Shown here: positions 52,101 through 58,629 of the stretch, one piece after another
Position numbering within the stretch: position 1 is the stretch's first letter
Layout of the letters: every line of letters begins with the position of its first letter
DNA from: a virus
Reading direction: 5' to 3' (one strand)
IMG/VR virus record: IMGVR_UViG_3300010384_000006
Length of the DNA stretch: 58,629 nt
Notes under the pieces: generated by a model
Told to the model about the DNA's origin: nothing
Seen by the model: the letters and a program-made list of their open reading frames with translations, nothing else
Database searches by the model: none
Position numbers and translations under genes: made by a program

Positions 52101-53191
52101 CCGGCGAGGCCGACGGGCCGCTGGACGCGTTGAAGCAGAAGCTGGACGATCTGGAGCTGCCCCGGCGGGTGCAGGTCCTCTTCGACCAGGGCGAAGGCAC
52201 TGGCGGGAGCCCGTACGACCCGCAGGGTCCCGGCAGCGCGCAGCCGGAAATGCATGTCAAGACGGTGCTGGACCCGCCAGAGCTGCCGGACTACAGCGGC
52301 GTACCCCCGGTGCCGCTGCAATCTCAGTGGGACCCGATTCCGCCGCCCGACCTGCCCACGATAGACCCGGTCACGATCCCGGTGCAATACGAGTTCGCCA
52401 CGGCGGCGGACGCAGATCCCTTGCGGAGCCCAACCGGCATCGATGGTCCGTTTAGCGCGGGCGGTGACGGGATCAGGATCCCGGTGACCGTCGAGGTGAT
52501 CGGTGCCGAGCAGGTCGAGACGCTGAAATCGGACATCGACGGGCTGGAGGACAAGACCGTCACGATCATGGGCGATGCCACCGTCGCCCTTGGCGCGGTG
52601 AGCAATGTCAATGAGGCGGCGATCAATGACAAGACGCTGACCATCATGGGCGACGCGACGCTGGCGCTCGGTGCCGTGAACAACGTCAACGGAGCGGGTA
52701 TCGACGACAAGACACTCACGATCTTCGGCGATGCCACGCTGGCGTTCGCCGCGATCGAGAACGTCAACAACACCCCGGTAAACGACAAGACGATGACGAT
52801 CTCCGTGGTGACGCAGTACAGCACGGTGGGATCGCCGCCGTCTGGCATTTCCGTCGCCCGTCACGGCGGCATCCCGGCATACGCCAGTGGCGGCGTCGTC
52901 TTCCGCGGCGGGGAGGCTGGGCTGGAGCTGGCCCACTTCGCCGGTGGCGGCATCGCCCCGCTGCCCTGGGACGGGCTCTACATGGCGCCAGCGGGCACGC
53001 GGATCGAGCCGCACAACAGCGTGGTGACCAAGCTGCAGCCGGGCGGAGTTGGTGGATACACGGTGGTCGTCAACGTCAACGCCCCTGTCTTCGGGATCGA
53101 CGACCTGGAGGCCAAGATCGGCGGGGCGATCGCCCGCAGCATGGTCGAGATCAAGCAGGACCGAGACCGGGCATTGGGGGTGGCGGCATGA
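49127..53191 (+). CDS. Tape measure protein
   Basis: 1354 aa, long Q/A/L-rich helical stretches, internal repeats, position after the G/GT pair. Confidence 0.9.
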   Translation: MAGNELKITISAQDNASAVFTKIASGAAKVADELEKAGKDGGKGFEEVSKGADKANQSLLQISQTGSGFIRSMEGLSGSISTMGAGLISLGDGLDQLGQSYIDQQQRLDTLQRQYGSFTDEMVAFSREMQSQTTFSDDAVQKGLVYFASLKEQYGLTIDQIKQLAIVTADLAQANGLAYEDAAQRVQAAIRGETEGAEILGLALNQQSIDRQNLTLTMTNQEAAQFRLNALLSQASYAQGSAGAAVQRADGQWKQFSNSVQDAQQAVGRFVGPAGDIAASLGRGLATVGEATRGISDLKTGLQGLGGVLKSTGSALSVLATSGGAVGLAILGVTAAVGAGVYVWQTYNDAIHSTEKAFDGLDAAQQQAILNGDEARSAAIGQAKQDFEDFGAWLDKEMGVGEYATEGGPKFPGISTDTYDNVLKAVTAALSDSRVDVEKYMAWLEGELQRAYENPAQAQEIFEGIVETSTTGLAQFALAAEKAKTAVSGLNAEQQKLNQSMAQYANMYGQKTDEEWDAAKVKTFNEQVQEAIRLREQMAAAPGEERDLVIAQQRLDLWEKSIVTQEKLNDAWQRGMETGDLSEFIALANQRIAQQQMLLDLQRALNQETAVDHHKGMDPFGKTVDNARDLLKLEDQRQAIAEGVRDVLEGQADAYHDMATTWAGMTGQDDFVSQLNLSGHGTAYTQLAGDIADANTALQDGFRIIVQNTDAIGQTSQATQDWADKLIGVEGEYGKIDDLLAAGTITIGEYNAAQQAQVDIAEANARIQQDVLTIQAKQAPMLAELTEQQAQYMDQLAAMPQQQQLVTLGWMDTNEAAKANQAVVMAAAAANGEYGESGKAAVEKMIAAQAAADPVFKQMLLDIGLIDEKVDANGNRVITVNFDGAEGVNNDIQELTKSIDALTVALGGVPPLHVDSDLPQTTEGVDGFRDSLDGAKRDIGATNDALIALARQQANPTVDVETGESDQRMVNLADALRALGEQHPTPSVEVETGEADGPLDALKQKLDDLELPRRVQVLFDQGEGTGGSPYDPQGPGSAQPEMHVKTVLDPPELPDYSGVPPVPLQSQWDPIPPPDLPTIDPVTIPVQYEFATAADADPLRSPTGIDGPFSAGGDGIRIPVTVEVIGAEQVETLKSDIDGLEDKTVTIMGDATVALGAVSNVNEAAINDKTLTIMGDATLALGAVNNVNGAGIDDKTLTIFGDATLAFAAIENVNNTPVNDKTMTISVVTQYSTVGSPPSGISVARHGGIPAYASGGVVFRGGEAGLELAHFAGGGIAPLPWDGLYMAPAGTRIEPHNSVVTKLQPGGVGGYTVVVNVNAPVFGIDDLEAKIGGAIARSMVEIKQDRDRALGVAA
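52550..52807 (+). repeat. 3.3 tandem copies of a 78-nt (26-aa) unit inside the tape measure gene
   Basis: Units start at 52550, 52628, 52706 and 52784. They encode DKT(V/L)TI(M/F)GDAT(V/L)A(L/F)(G/A)A(V/I)xNVNxxxxx. Confidence 0.9.
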
Positions 53192-54624
53192 GTCTCCTTT
53201 CGCTGCAGTCCAATACCCTGAGCCCCTTTACCGGCTTTGGCGACGATCCAAACTGGTCGGTCAAGTTCGGCGTCCGCAAGGACCGGGCAAGGCTGGCGGA
53301 CTGGGAGAGTGGGCTGCGCATGGCGCGGCTCCCGCTGGCGACGGGCAATGGCGAGATCACGCAGCGGCGTGGCCGCGATCCGTGGACGCTGACATGGCGG
53401 CTCTGGTTTGCCACCGTCGAGGATCTCGACCGTTTGGATGCGATGGTGGGACGCCGTGCTACGCTGCGCTACCGGAGCAACCTCACCAAGCGTGGTGGCG
53501 GCTCGCTGCAGACCATCGAGGACCGGACCTATCTCGTCTTCCCCGGCACGATGCTGATAGAGCTGACGGACATCGAGGTTGCGCCGGATGGCCGCTGCGA
53601 GGCGACAGCGACGTTCACCCGGCCGTACGTCGATCCCCCCGCATTCGTGCCGCCCGTCTGGCCCGCGCCGCCGTACCCCGGTGTCCGCCTCCTGCCCGAT
53701 CCCCTGCTCTTCCTCACGCAGCCGCTTTCCCGCAACGCGGCCGGCGCGATCAGCCCGGCCAGCGGGGCCGCCCGCGTCACGACGCTGGATGGCTATGCGG
53801 CCTGGCGGATCATCCCGGCCGCGAAGAACGGGATTTACAACCCGCTCTTCAGTGCCATGACCAACTGGACCGCCGAGCTGGGCGCAACGCTGACCGCCAA
53901 TGGCGACGGGACGGCGCGCGTCCAGACCTCGGCGATCTACCAGGGGATCACGGCCGCGCCGGGGACGGCGCTCGCCGCGGTGCAGGGAGAGACGGTGACC
54001 ATCGTCGTGTCGGCCCGCAGCCGCACGGTGACCCGGACGATGGACCTCCAGTTCTATGCCCACAGCGCCAACAACCACGGCGGCAACACGAGCGACCTCA
54101 GCAAGACCACGGTCAACGTCTCCACGTCCTGGCAACGCTTCAGCCACACCAGAACGCTCACCGATGCCGCCACGCAGTTCGTCTTCCTCCGCTTCACCAC
54201 GCCGGACTCGACGGTCCGCGACATCGATATCCGCGAGCCGATGGTCTTCAAGGGGTCGGTGATTCCCGAGTTCGTTCCGGCGGTGGATGGCCTCGGGGTG
54301 CTCCTCCCGGGCGACACATGGGACGGGGGCGCCAACGCGAGCCCGAGTACCCGGGCGGTGGGGTCGGTGGGAGGCGCGCTGGCCAGCTTCGGCAGCCTCT
54401 ATCTCCGCTATTCGACCGACGGTAGCACCGTCGTCAACACCGTGCTCACCGGACCGGGGACGTTCGGCGGCATCGGGACTGTCGCGTTCAGTGGCGGCGT
54501 CCTGACAATCACGTCCTCGGCGCCGCTCTGGATCGGCGCGGCCATCATGTATCCGACCCTCACCGGCGGACAAAAGACCTATCTCGACAGTGTCGCCACG
54601 TCTGCCCTGACGTGGTCCATGTAG
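53188..54624 (+). CDS. Distal tail protein (Dit-like, by position) with C-terminal extension
   Basis: 478 aa, ATGA-coupled to the tape measure. Confidence 0.45.
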   Translation: MSLLSLQSNTLSPFTGFGDDPNWSVKFGVRKDRARLADWESGLRMARLPLATGNGEITQRRGRDPWTLTWRLWFATVEDLDRLDAMVGRRATLRYRSNLTKRGGGSLQTIEDRTYLVFPGTMLIELTDIEVAPDGRCEATATFTRPYVDPPAFVPPVWPAPPYPGVRLLPDPLLFLTQPLSRNAAGAISPASGAARVTTLDGYAAWRIIPAAKNGIYNPLFSAMTNWTAELGATLTANGDGTARVQTSAIYQGITAAPGTALAAVQGETVTIVVSARSRTVTRTMDLQFYAHSANNHGGNTSDLSKTTVNVSTSWQRFSHTRTLTDAATQFVFLRFTTPDSTVRDIDIREPMVFKGSVIPEFVPAVDGLGVLLPGDTWDGGANASPSTRAVGSVGGALASFGSLYLRYSTDGSTVVNTVLTGPGTFGGIGTVAFSGGVLTITSSAPLWIGAAIMYPTLTGGQKTYLDSVATSALTWSM

Positions 54625-54633
54625 GAGGGACCC

Positions 54634-54957
54634 ATGCTCACCATCAACCAGATCATGACTGCCGCGCGCGACATCAACAGTCCCTACGCCAACCAGGTGA
54701 TGGGTGCGCTGATCCTGCACGCCGATTGGCAGCGACGAGACGAGGCAGGAGTCGCTGGACGCACTGAGGCCACGCGCGCATTCGCCCTCGATGTGCTCAA
54801 TGCGCCGGACGCCTACACCTTCCGCTTCGCGGCCCGGAGCGGGCTCAATCCGGCGATCAAGGACGTCTACAACGACATCAACACCCTGCCGGACGGGGTG
54901 GTGGTCTCCCGGATCGAGGAGTATTTCGCTCTCTATGCTCCGCCGGTGGTGCCGTAA
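54634..54957 (+). CDS. Hypothetical tail protein
   Basis: 107 aa with AGGAGGGA RBS. Confidence 0.5.
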   Translation: MLTINQIMTAARDINSPYANQVMGALILHADWQRRDEAGVAGRTEATRAFALDVLNAPDAYTFRFAARSGLNPAIKDVYNDINTLPDGVVVSRIEEYFALYAPPVVP

Positions 54958-56570
54958 TGGTCGCTTCGCTCGCCTCTCCGCAGGGCGTCCTGGACGCCCG
55001 CGATACCGAGCTCCGGCTCTCCGTCTGGATCGGCGGGGTGCTGACCGATGTCGTCTCGGCCTCGGGACAGCAGGATGCCGATGCCGACAAGGCGATCTGC
55101 ACGCTCGTCATGCCGTTGCCGCGGCCGGCGTGGCTGGTGCCCAATGCCGAGGTGCTGGTGCAGACCGGGCACAACGACTACGTCGGCGCCCAGTTCTCCG
55201 GCTACATCCCGGAGTGGGAGGGAGCGATCAGCGCCGAGGGCCGCATCCTCACCGTCAAGTGCGACGGCTGGGGCACGCTGCTCTCGGAGCCCGACCGCTA
55301 CGACTGGGAGATTCAGGGGCCGGTCAGTGCCGCCAGTGTCTTCACGGCGCTCTGCCAGCGCAAGGGCGTGCCGAGCTACGTCGCCGAGCGGGCGACGATG
55401 GTCGATGGGCTGACCGAGCTGATGCTGGGCGGCAACCGGCAGATTGACGACGGCAAGGTCATCTTCAAGGGCGGGAGCTCCCCGCTCGCGACGTTCGCGC
55501 GGCTCATGGAGGACCAGGGCTACCGGGTCTACGAGATCTCCGATGGCACGATCCGGATGTCCCGGATCAACGGCTCCCCGGACGGCGATCCGACGCGCGC
55601 CGTGGTGGCCACCTTCCGCGACGGCGTCCATTTGCTCGATGCCCGGCGTGGCTACTCGGTGCGCGACAAGGTCTCGTACCGCGACCTGCAGGGCCCGACC
55701 TACGAGGATGCCTTCGGCGGCCGCGTACCGATCCGCAGCGTGCCGACGCAGGACATCGCCGATCCCGAGATTCGCGGCGGCCATCGCTACCGCAAGTACT
55801 CCAATAGCGATCTCGTGCGCCAGGACCTCGCCGACAACGCCCGGCAGGTGATGGAAATCGACGGGAGTGCCGATGCACCGGTGCGGTGGAAGGCGGTCGG
55901 CACGCCGGGGCTCAACGTCGGCGACGTCGTGGCGATCGCGGACTCCGGAGACCTGGAGGCGGACGGCGTCTACTGGCTGATGCGCATCGACTGGTCGCTG
56001 GACCGGAGTGGCTACACGGCGACCTACACCGGCTGGCGCGGTGGCGGCACGGCGCTGCCCAGCCTCGTGGATGAAGTGCGGGTGCCTATCCAGGGTGCGG
56101 CCGTGCATATCGGTGACGAATATGTTTCGTGGTATGCGCAACCGTCACCGGTTGGCACGGAAAAGACGTGGAATTTCTCGCTGCCCGAAAACGCAAGCGT
56201 GGTCAATTGCCGGGGCTGGCACCACTCGACCAACAGCCAGCTGAAGGATGGGGCATCCACCGAGCTACAGGTCACCAAATGGGAGATTTGGAAAGCCGGT
56301 GTCGATCGCAGCAACAAGGACAACAAGCCGGAATCGTCCGGGACGATGCCCTCGCTCCCCGAAGAGTATGAGCAACGTCGCCCCTACGGATCGGGACTCA
56401 CGTGGTGGTCCCAGTTTGCCATCAATCTGCGGTCAGTCGATGCGGGCGACTACGTACTCGTGCTGAAGGCGGGCGAAGACCAAGGCTACGACGATTTCGA
56501 GGTGCAACAGGTCTTCCTTCAGATTTTCGGGACCGTGGAGCCGGCCGTTATTCAGGAGCGGCAATCATGA
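54957..56570 (+). CDS. Tail-tip/hub protein (Tal-like, by position)
   Basis: 537 aa, TAATG-coupled. Confidence 0.4.
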   Translation: MVASLASPQGVLDARDTELRLSVWIGGVLTDVVSASGQQDADADKAICTLVMPLPRPAWLVPNAEVLVQTGHNDYVGAQFSGYIPEWEGAISAEGRILTVKCDGWGTLLSEPDRYDWEIQGPVSAASVFTALCQRKGVPSYVAERATMVDGLTELMLGGNRQIDDGKVIFKGGSSPLATFARLMEDQGYRVYEISDGTIRMSRINGSPDGDPTRAVVATFRDGVHLLDARRGYSVRDKVSYRDLQGPTYEDAFGGRVPIRSVPTQDIADPEIRGGHRYRKYSNSDLVRQDLADNARQVMEIDGSADAPVRWKAVGTPGLNVGDVVAIADSGDLEADGVYWLMRIDWSLDRSGYTATYTGWRGGGTALPSLVDEVRVPIQGAAVHIGDEYVSWYAQPSPVGTEKTWNFSLPENASVVNCRGWHHSTNSQLKDGASTELQVTKWEIWKAGVDRSNKDNKPESSGTMPSLPEEYEQRRPYGSGLTWWSQFAINLRSVDAGDYVLVLKAGEDQGYDDFEVQQVFLQIFGTVEPAVIQERQS

Positions 56571-57028
56571 ACGAGAAGCTGAACCGGGCCCTGCGCGACA
56601 GCGGCTACCTCGATGTGTTTGAGCCGGCGGCCAAGGTCCGCCACGAGCAGGCGATCCGGCAGGCCGTGGACCGGGCCGGGCAATTGGCTGATGACGTGGC
56701 GGCGCGGGTGCGGACACCGCTGACGCTCGACTGGAGCACGATCGACGGGCGGGCCAAGCGGACGCCGCAGGCCGGGACGCTGGTCCTGCTCTGGGCGCAT
56801 GCCAACACGGCCCCAAGCACGGGATCGTGCGTGATCCAGTACACGCTGGAGACCAAGACGCAAGGGGCAACGCCGATCGCAACCGTGACCATCGAGCGCA
56901 ACCAGACCATCGGCGAGGCGGTCTTCGCGCAGCCGTTGCCCGCCGGGGCGTATCTCAATCCATCGGTGACCAGTGCCGGGGGCGCGTCTGCCGTCTCGAC
57001 CGGCATCGTGATCAAGGCAGGTGTCTGA
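56567..57028 (+). CDS. Hypothetical tail protein
   Basis: Internal ATG (residue 56) of ORF 56402-57028, ATGA-coupled. Confidence 0.5.
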   Translation: MNEKLNRALRDSGYLDVFEPAAKVRHEQAIRQAVDRAGQLADDVAARVRTPLTLDWSTIDGRAKRTPQAGTLVLLWAHANTAPSTGSCVIQYTLETKTQGATPIATVTIERNQTIGEAVFAQPLPAGAYLNPSVTSAGGASAVSTGIVIKAGV

Positions 57029-57417
57029 TGCCCAGCTATTTCCCCCTCGTCATCCAGCAGGGTGCCAATCTCGGCGTCTGGTTCGCCCTTCGCCAGCCGG
57101 ACGGCAGTATCGCCAATCCGCTGACGACCGGCGGCGGCTACAGCGTCGCCAAGCTCCAGGTCCGGGACAAGGCGGCGACCGACGGCGGCACGGTGTTGCT
57201 GGAGCTGACCACCGGCAATGGTGGGATCACGCTCGGAGCATTGACCGATGCCGCCGGAGCGAGCCAGTCGGGGTATCTCTACGCCTCTGCCCAGGCGACG
57301 GCGATGCTCGTGCCGTGGGGTGAGGCGGTCTACGATCTCAAGCTCTCGGACGGCGTCAATGTCGCGACCATCCTGTTCGGCCCGGCCATCCTCGTGCCCG
57401 CCGCGACGCTCATGTAG
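57028..57417 (+). CDS. Hypothetical tail protein
   Basis: Internal ATG (residue 68) of ORF 56827-57417, TGATG-coupled. Confidence 0.5.
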   Translation: MPSYFPLVIQQGANLGVWFALRQPDGSIANPLTTGGGYSVAKLQVRDKAATDGGTVLLELTTGNGGITLGALTDAAGASQSGYLYASAQATAMLVPWGEAVYDLKLSDGVNVATILFGPAILVPAATLM

Positions 57418-57426
57418 GAGGCTGCA

Positions 57427-58056
57427 ATGGCCAACGATTTCGACCACGCGATTGTTCTGATTTCCACGACCGGGCTCAACGGCGGCGGCATCACGTCGGG
57501 GCAACTCGCCTCGGCCATCGCCGGGCTGGCGCCGTCATCCCCCAGCTTCATCACCAAGGTGCCCGAAGCTGGGCTGACCAACGAATTCGCCCTGAGCGGC
57601 ATGACGACCGGCATCGTCAAGGTCACCAACGGCACCGGCGCGCTGACGACGGCGGTGGGGACGGACTTGCCTGCCCACTCGCACACCAGCATCGTGGAAC
57701 TGGCCTTCCCGATCGACGGCGGGGGTAGTGTCATCACGACGGGGCTCAAAGGGTACATCCGGGTGCCCTTTGCCGGGACGATCAAGAGTTGGACCATCCT
57801 CGGGGAGCTCGTGAATGGCGTCATCACGATCGATGTCTGGAAGGCGCCGTATGCCAGCTACCCGCCGACGAACGCCCAGAGCATCACCGCGGCGAACGAG
57901 ATGAAGATCGCCAGCACCGGCAACAAGGCCACCGATAGTGTGCTCACCGGCTGGACCACCTCGGTGAGTGCCGGGGATATCTTCGGCTTCAACGTCGATT
58001 CGGTGACGGCGATGACCAAGGTTACGGTCTATCTCGATATCGAGAGGACGGTGTAG
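57427..58056 (+). CDS. Hypothetical tail-fibre-module protein
   Basis: 209 aa with AGGAGG RBS. Confidence 0.55.
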   Translation: MANDFDHAIVLISTTGLNGGGITSGQLASAIAGLAPSSPSFITKVPEAGLTNEFALSGMTTGIVKVTNGTGALTTAVGTDLPAHSHTSIVELAFPIDGGGSVITTGLKGYIRVPFAGTIKSWTILGELVNGVITIDVWKAPYASYPPTNAQSITAANEMKIASTGNKATDSVLTGWTTSVSAGDIFGFNVDSVTAMTKVTVYLDIERTV

Positions 58057-58057
58057 G

Positions 58058-58629
58058 GTGGGGCAGTTTGTTCGTGATGCCATGAATGGTACCGGGTTCG
58101 CCGATCTCGACGACCCATACGAGCATAGCGCCGAGCTTGGCGGCCCGTGGGTGCGCAACCCGGCGACACCAGACACGCGCTGGTACCTCATCAACGACCG
58201 CTGCCATTGCGGTGAGCCCGGTGCGGTCTATGCATCGGGGACGCCGGCAAATGCCAACTACTACGTCGAGTGCGACTACATTATCTTCAGCGACATCGTG
58301 GGGGCAGGGCTGACGGCGCGGCAGAGCACCAGCGATCTCACGATGTACCTCACGCGGTATGAGAGCGGGGCCTACCTGCTCGCCAAGTTTGTCGCCGGGG
58401 CTTACACGTGGCTCGGAGGCTACACGATCAACCATGTCGGGACAACGCACAAGCTGCGGCTGACGGTGAACGGCACGACGATCTCGGTGGATGTCGACGG
58501 GGTGACCAGGATCAGTGTCACCGACAGCAGCATCGCGGCGGCGGGCAAGGCCGGGCTAACCGCCGGGGCCGCCAATGACGCCGGGACCGGCAAGCATATC
58601 GACAACTTCGTGGCAGTAGACGGGGCGGC
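58058..58629 (+). CDS. Tail-fibre/lectin (LamG-like jelly-roll) protein, 5' part; continues at nt 56-98 on the circle (204 aa in total)
   Basis: Open frame with no stop to the window end, so it is absent from the ORF track. GTG start after GAGAGGA. C-terminal LRLTVNGTTISVDVDG...AGKAGL...IDNFVAV pattern. Confidence 0.6.
   Translation, partial: MGQFVRDAMNGTGFADLDDPYEHSAELGGPWVRNPATPDTRWYLINDRCHCGEPGAVYASGTPANANYYVECDYIIFSDIVGAGLTARQSTSDLTMYLTRYESGAYLLAKFVAGAYTWLGGYTINHVGTTHKLRLTVNGTTISVDVDGVTRISVTDSSIAAAGKAGLTAGAANDAGTGKHIDNFVAVDGA
58575..58629. repeat. Terminal overlap copy B (exact duplicate of 1-55)
   Basis: Read directly. Confidence 0.95.

Larger units (their letters stand above)
1..58629. 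mobile_element. Complete temperate siphovirus-like phage genome (circular contig, unit length 58574 bp)
   Basis: Lysis, lysogeny (integrase, repressor/RHH switch), replication, terS/terL, portal, HK97-like protease+capsid, G/GT chaperone frameshift, tape measure and tail-tip modules are all present. Nt 1-55 are identical to nt 58575-58629. Confidence 0.9.

Noticed and set aside
50183-53014. 943-aa minus-strand ORF
   Set aside because: It is antisense to the tape measure gene. Its composition is R/G/D/L/V-rich, typical of a shadow frame in high-GC DNA. It has no motifs, RBS or coupling, whereas the + frame gives a coherent TMP.
52978-54720. 580-aa minus-strand ORF, and similar ORFs at 54933-56141, 30877-32196 and 43125-44483
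   Set aside because: All are antisense to well-supported, translationally coupled + strand genes. They have an Arg/Gly/Pro-rich composition and no recognisable domains.

Overview
This window is a complete, high-GC (roughly 63-65% by eye) temperate siphovirus-like phage genome assembled as a circle. Nt 1-55 are identical to nt 58575-58629, giving a unit length of 58574 bp, and one tail gene runs across the junction. Almost all genes are on the + strand and are tightly translationally coupled.

Gene order:
- Com-like zinc ribbon
- Lysis cassette: membrane proteins, bifunctional endolysin, r1t-type holin
- Small minus-strand regulatory island
- Early genes: DUF4326, DUF2493/SLOG, Rnl1-like RNA ligase
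- Minus-strand tRNA cluster: Ser-UGA, Ser-GCU, Asn-GUU and an atypical tRNA-like gene
- Gap-free 8-gene operon
- Minus-strand block of unknown genes ending in attP, the tyrosine integrase and a cI-like repressor
- RHH/Cro-like switch, HNH-AP2 and Xis-like genes
- Replication module: AEP primase + DUF3987 helicase-like protein, followed by an iteron-rich origin
- Dam-like and short C5-like DNA methyltransferases, MazG, RusA
- terS/terL, portal, HK97-like protease and capsid
- Head-tail and tail genes with a G/GT -1 frameshift, a reverse-oriented moron, the tape measure and tail-tip genes

The most interesting part is the 8-gene operon. It encodes an array-less type IV-B CRISPR-Cas effector (csf1-cas11-csf2-csf3) with its CysH-like PP-loop partner. 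These are fused translationally to a lambda-type metallophosphoesterase, a SPOUT RNA methyltransferase and an HTH protein. The operon sits beside the phage tRNA genes and the Rnl1-like ligase.

All calls come from reading motifs, frames and repeats by eye. No database or HMM search was possible, so family names are motif-based inferences.
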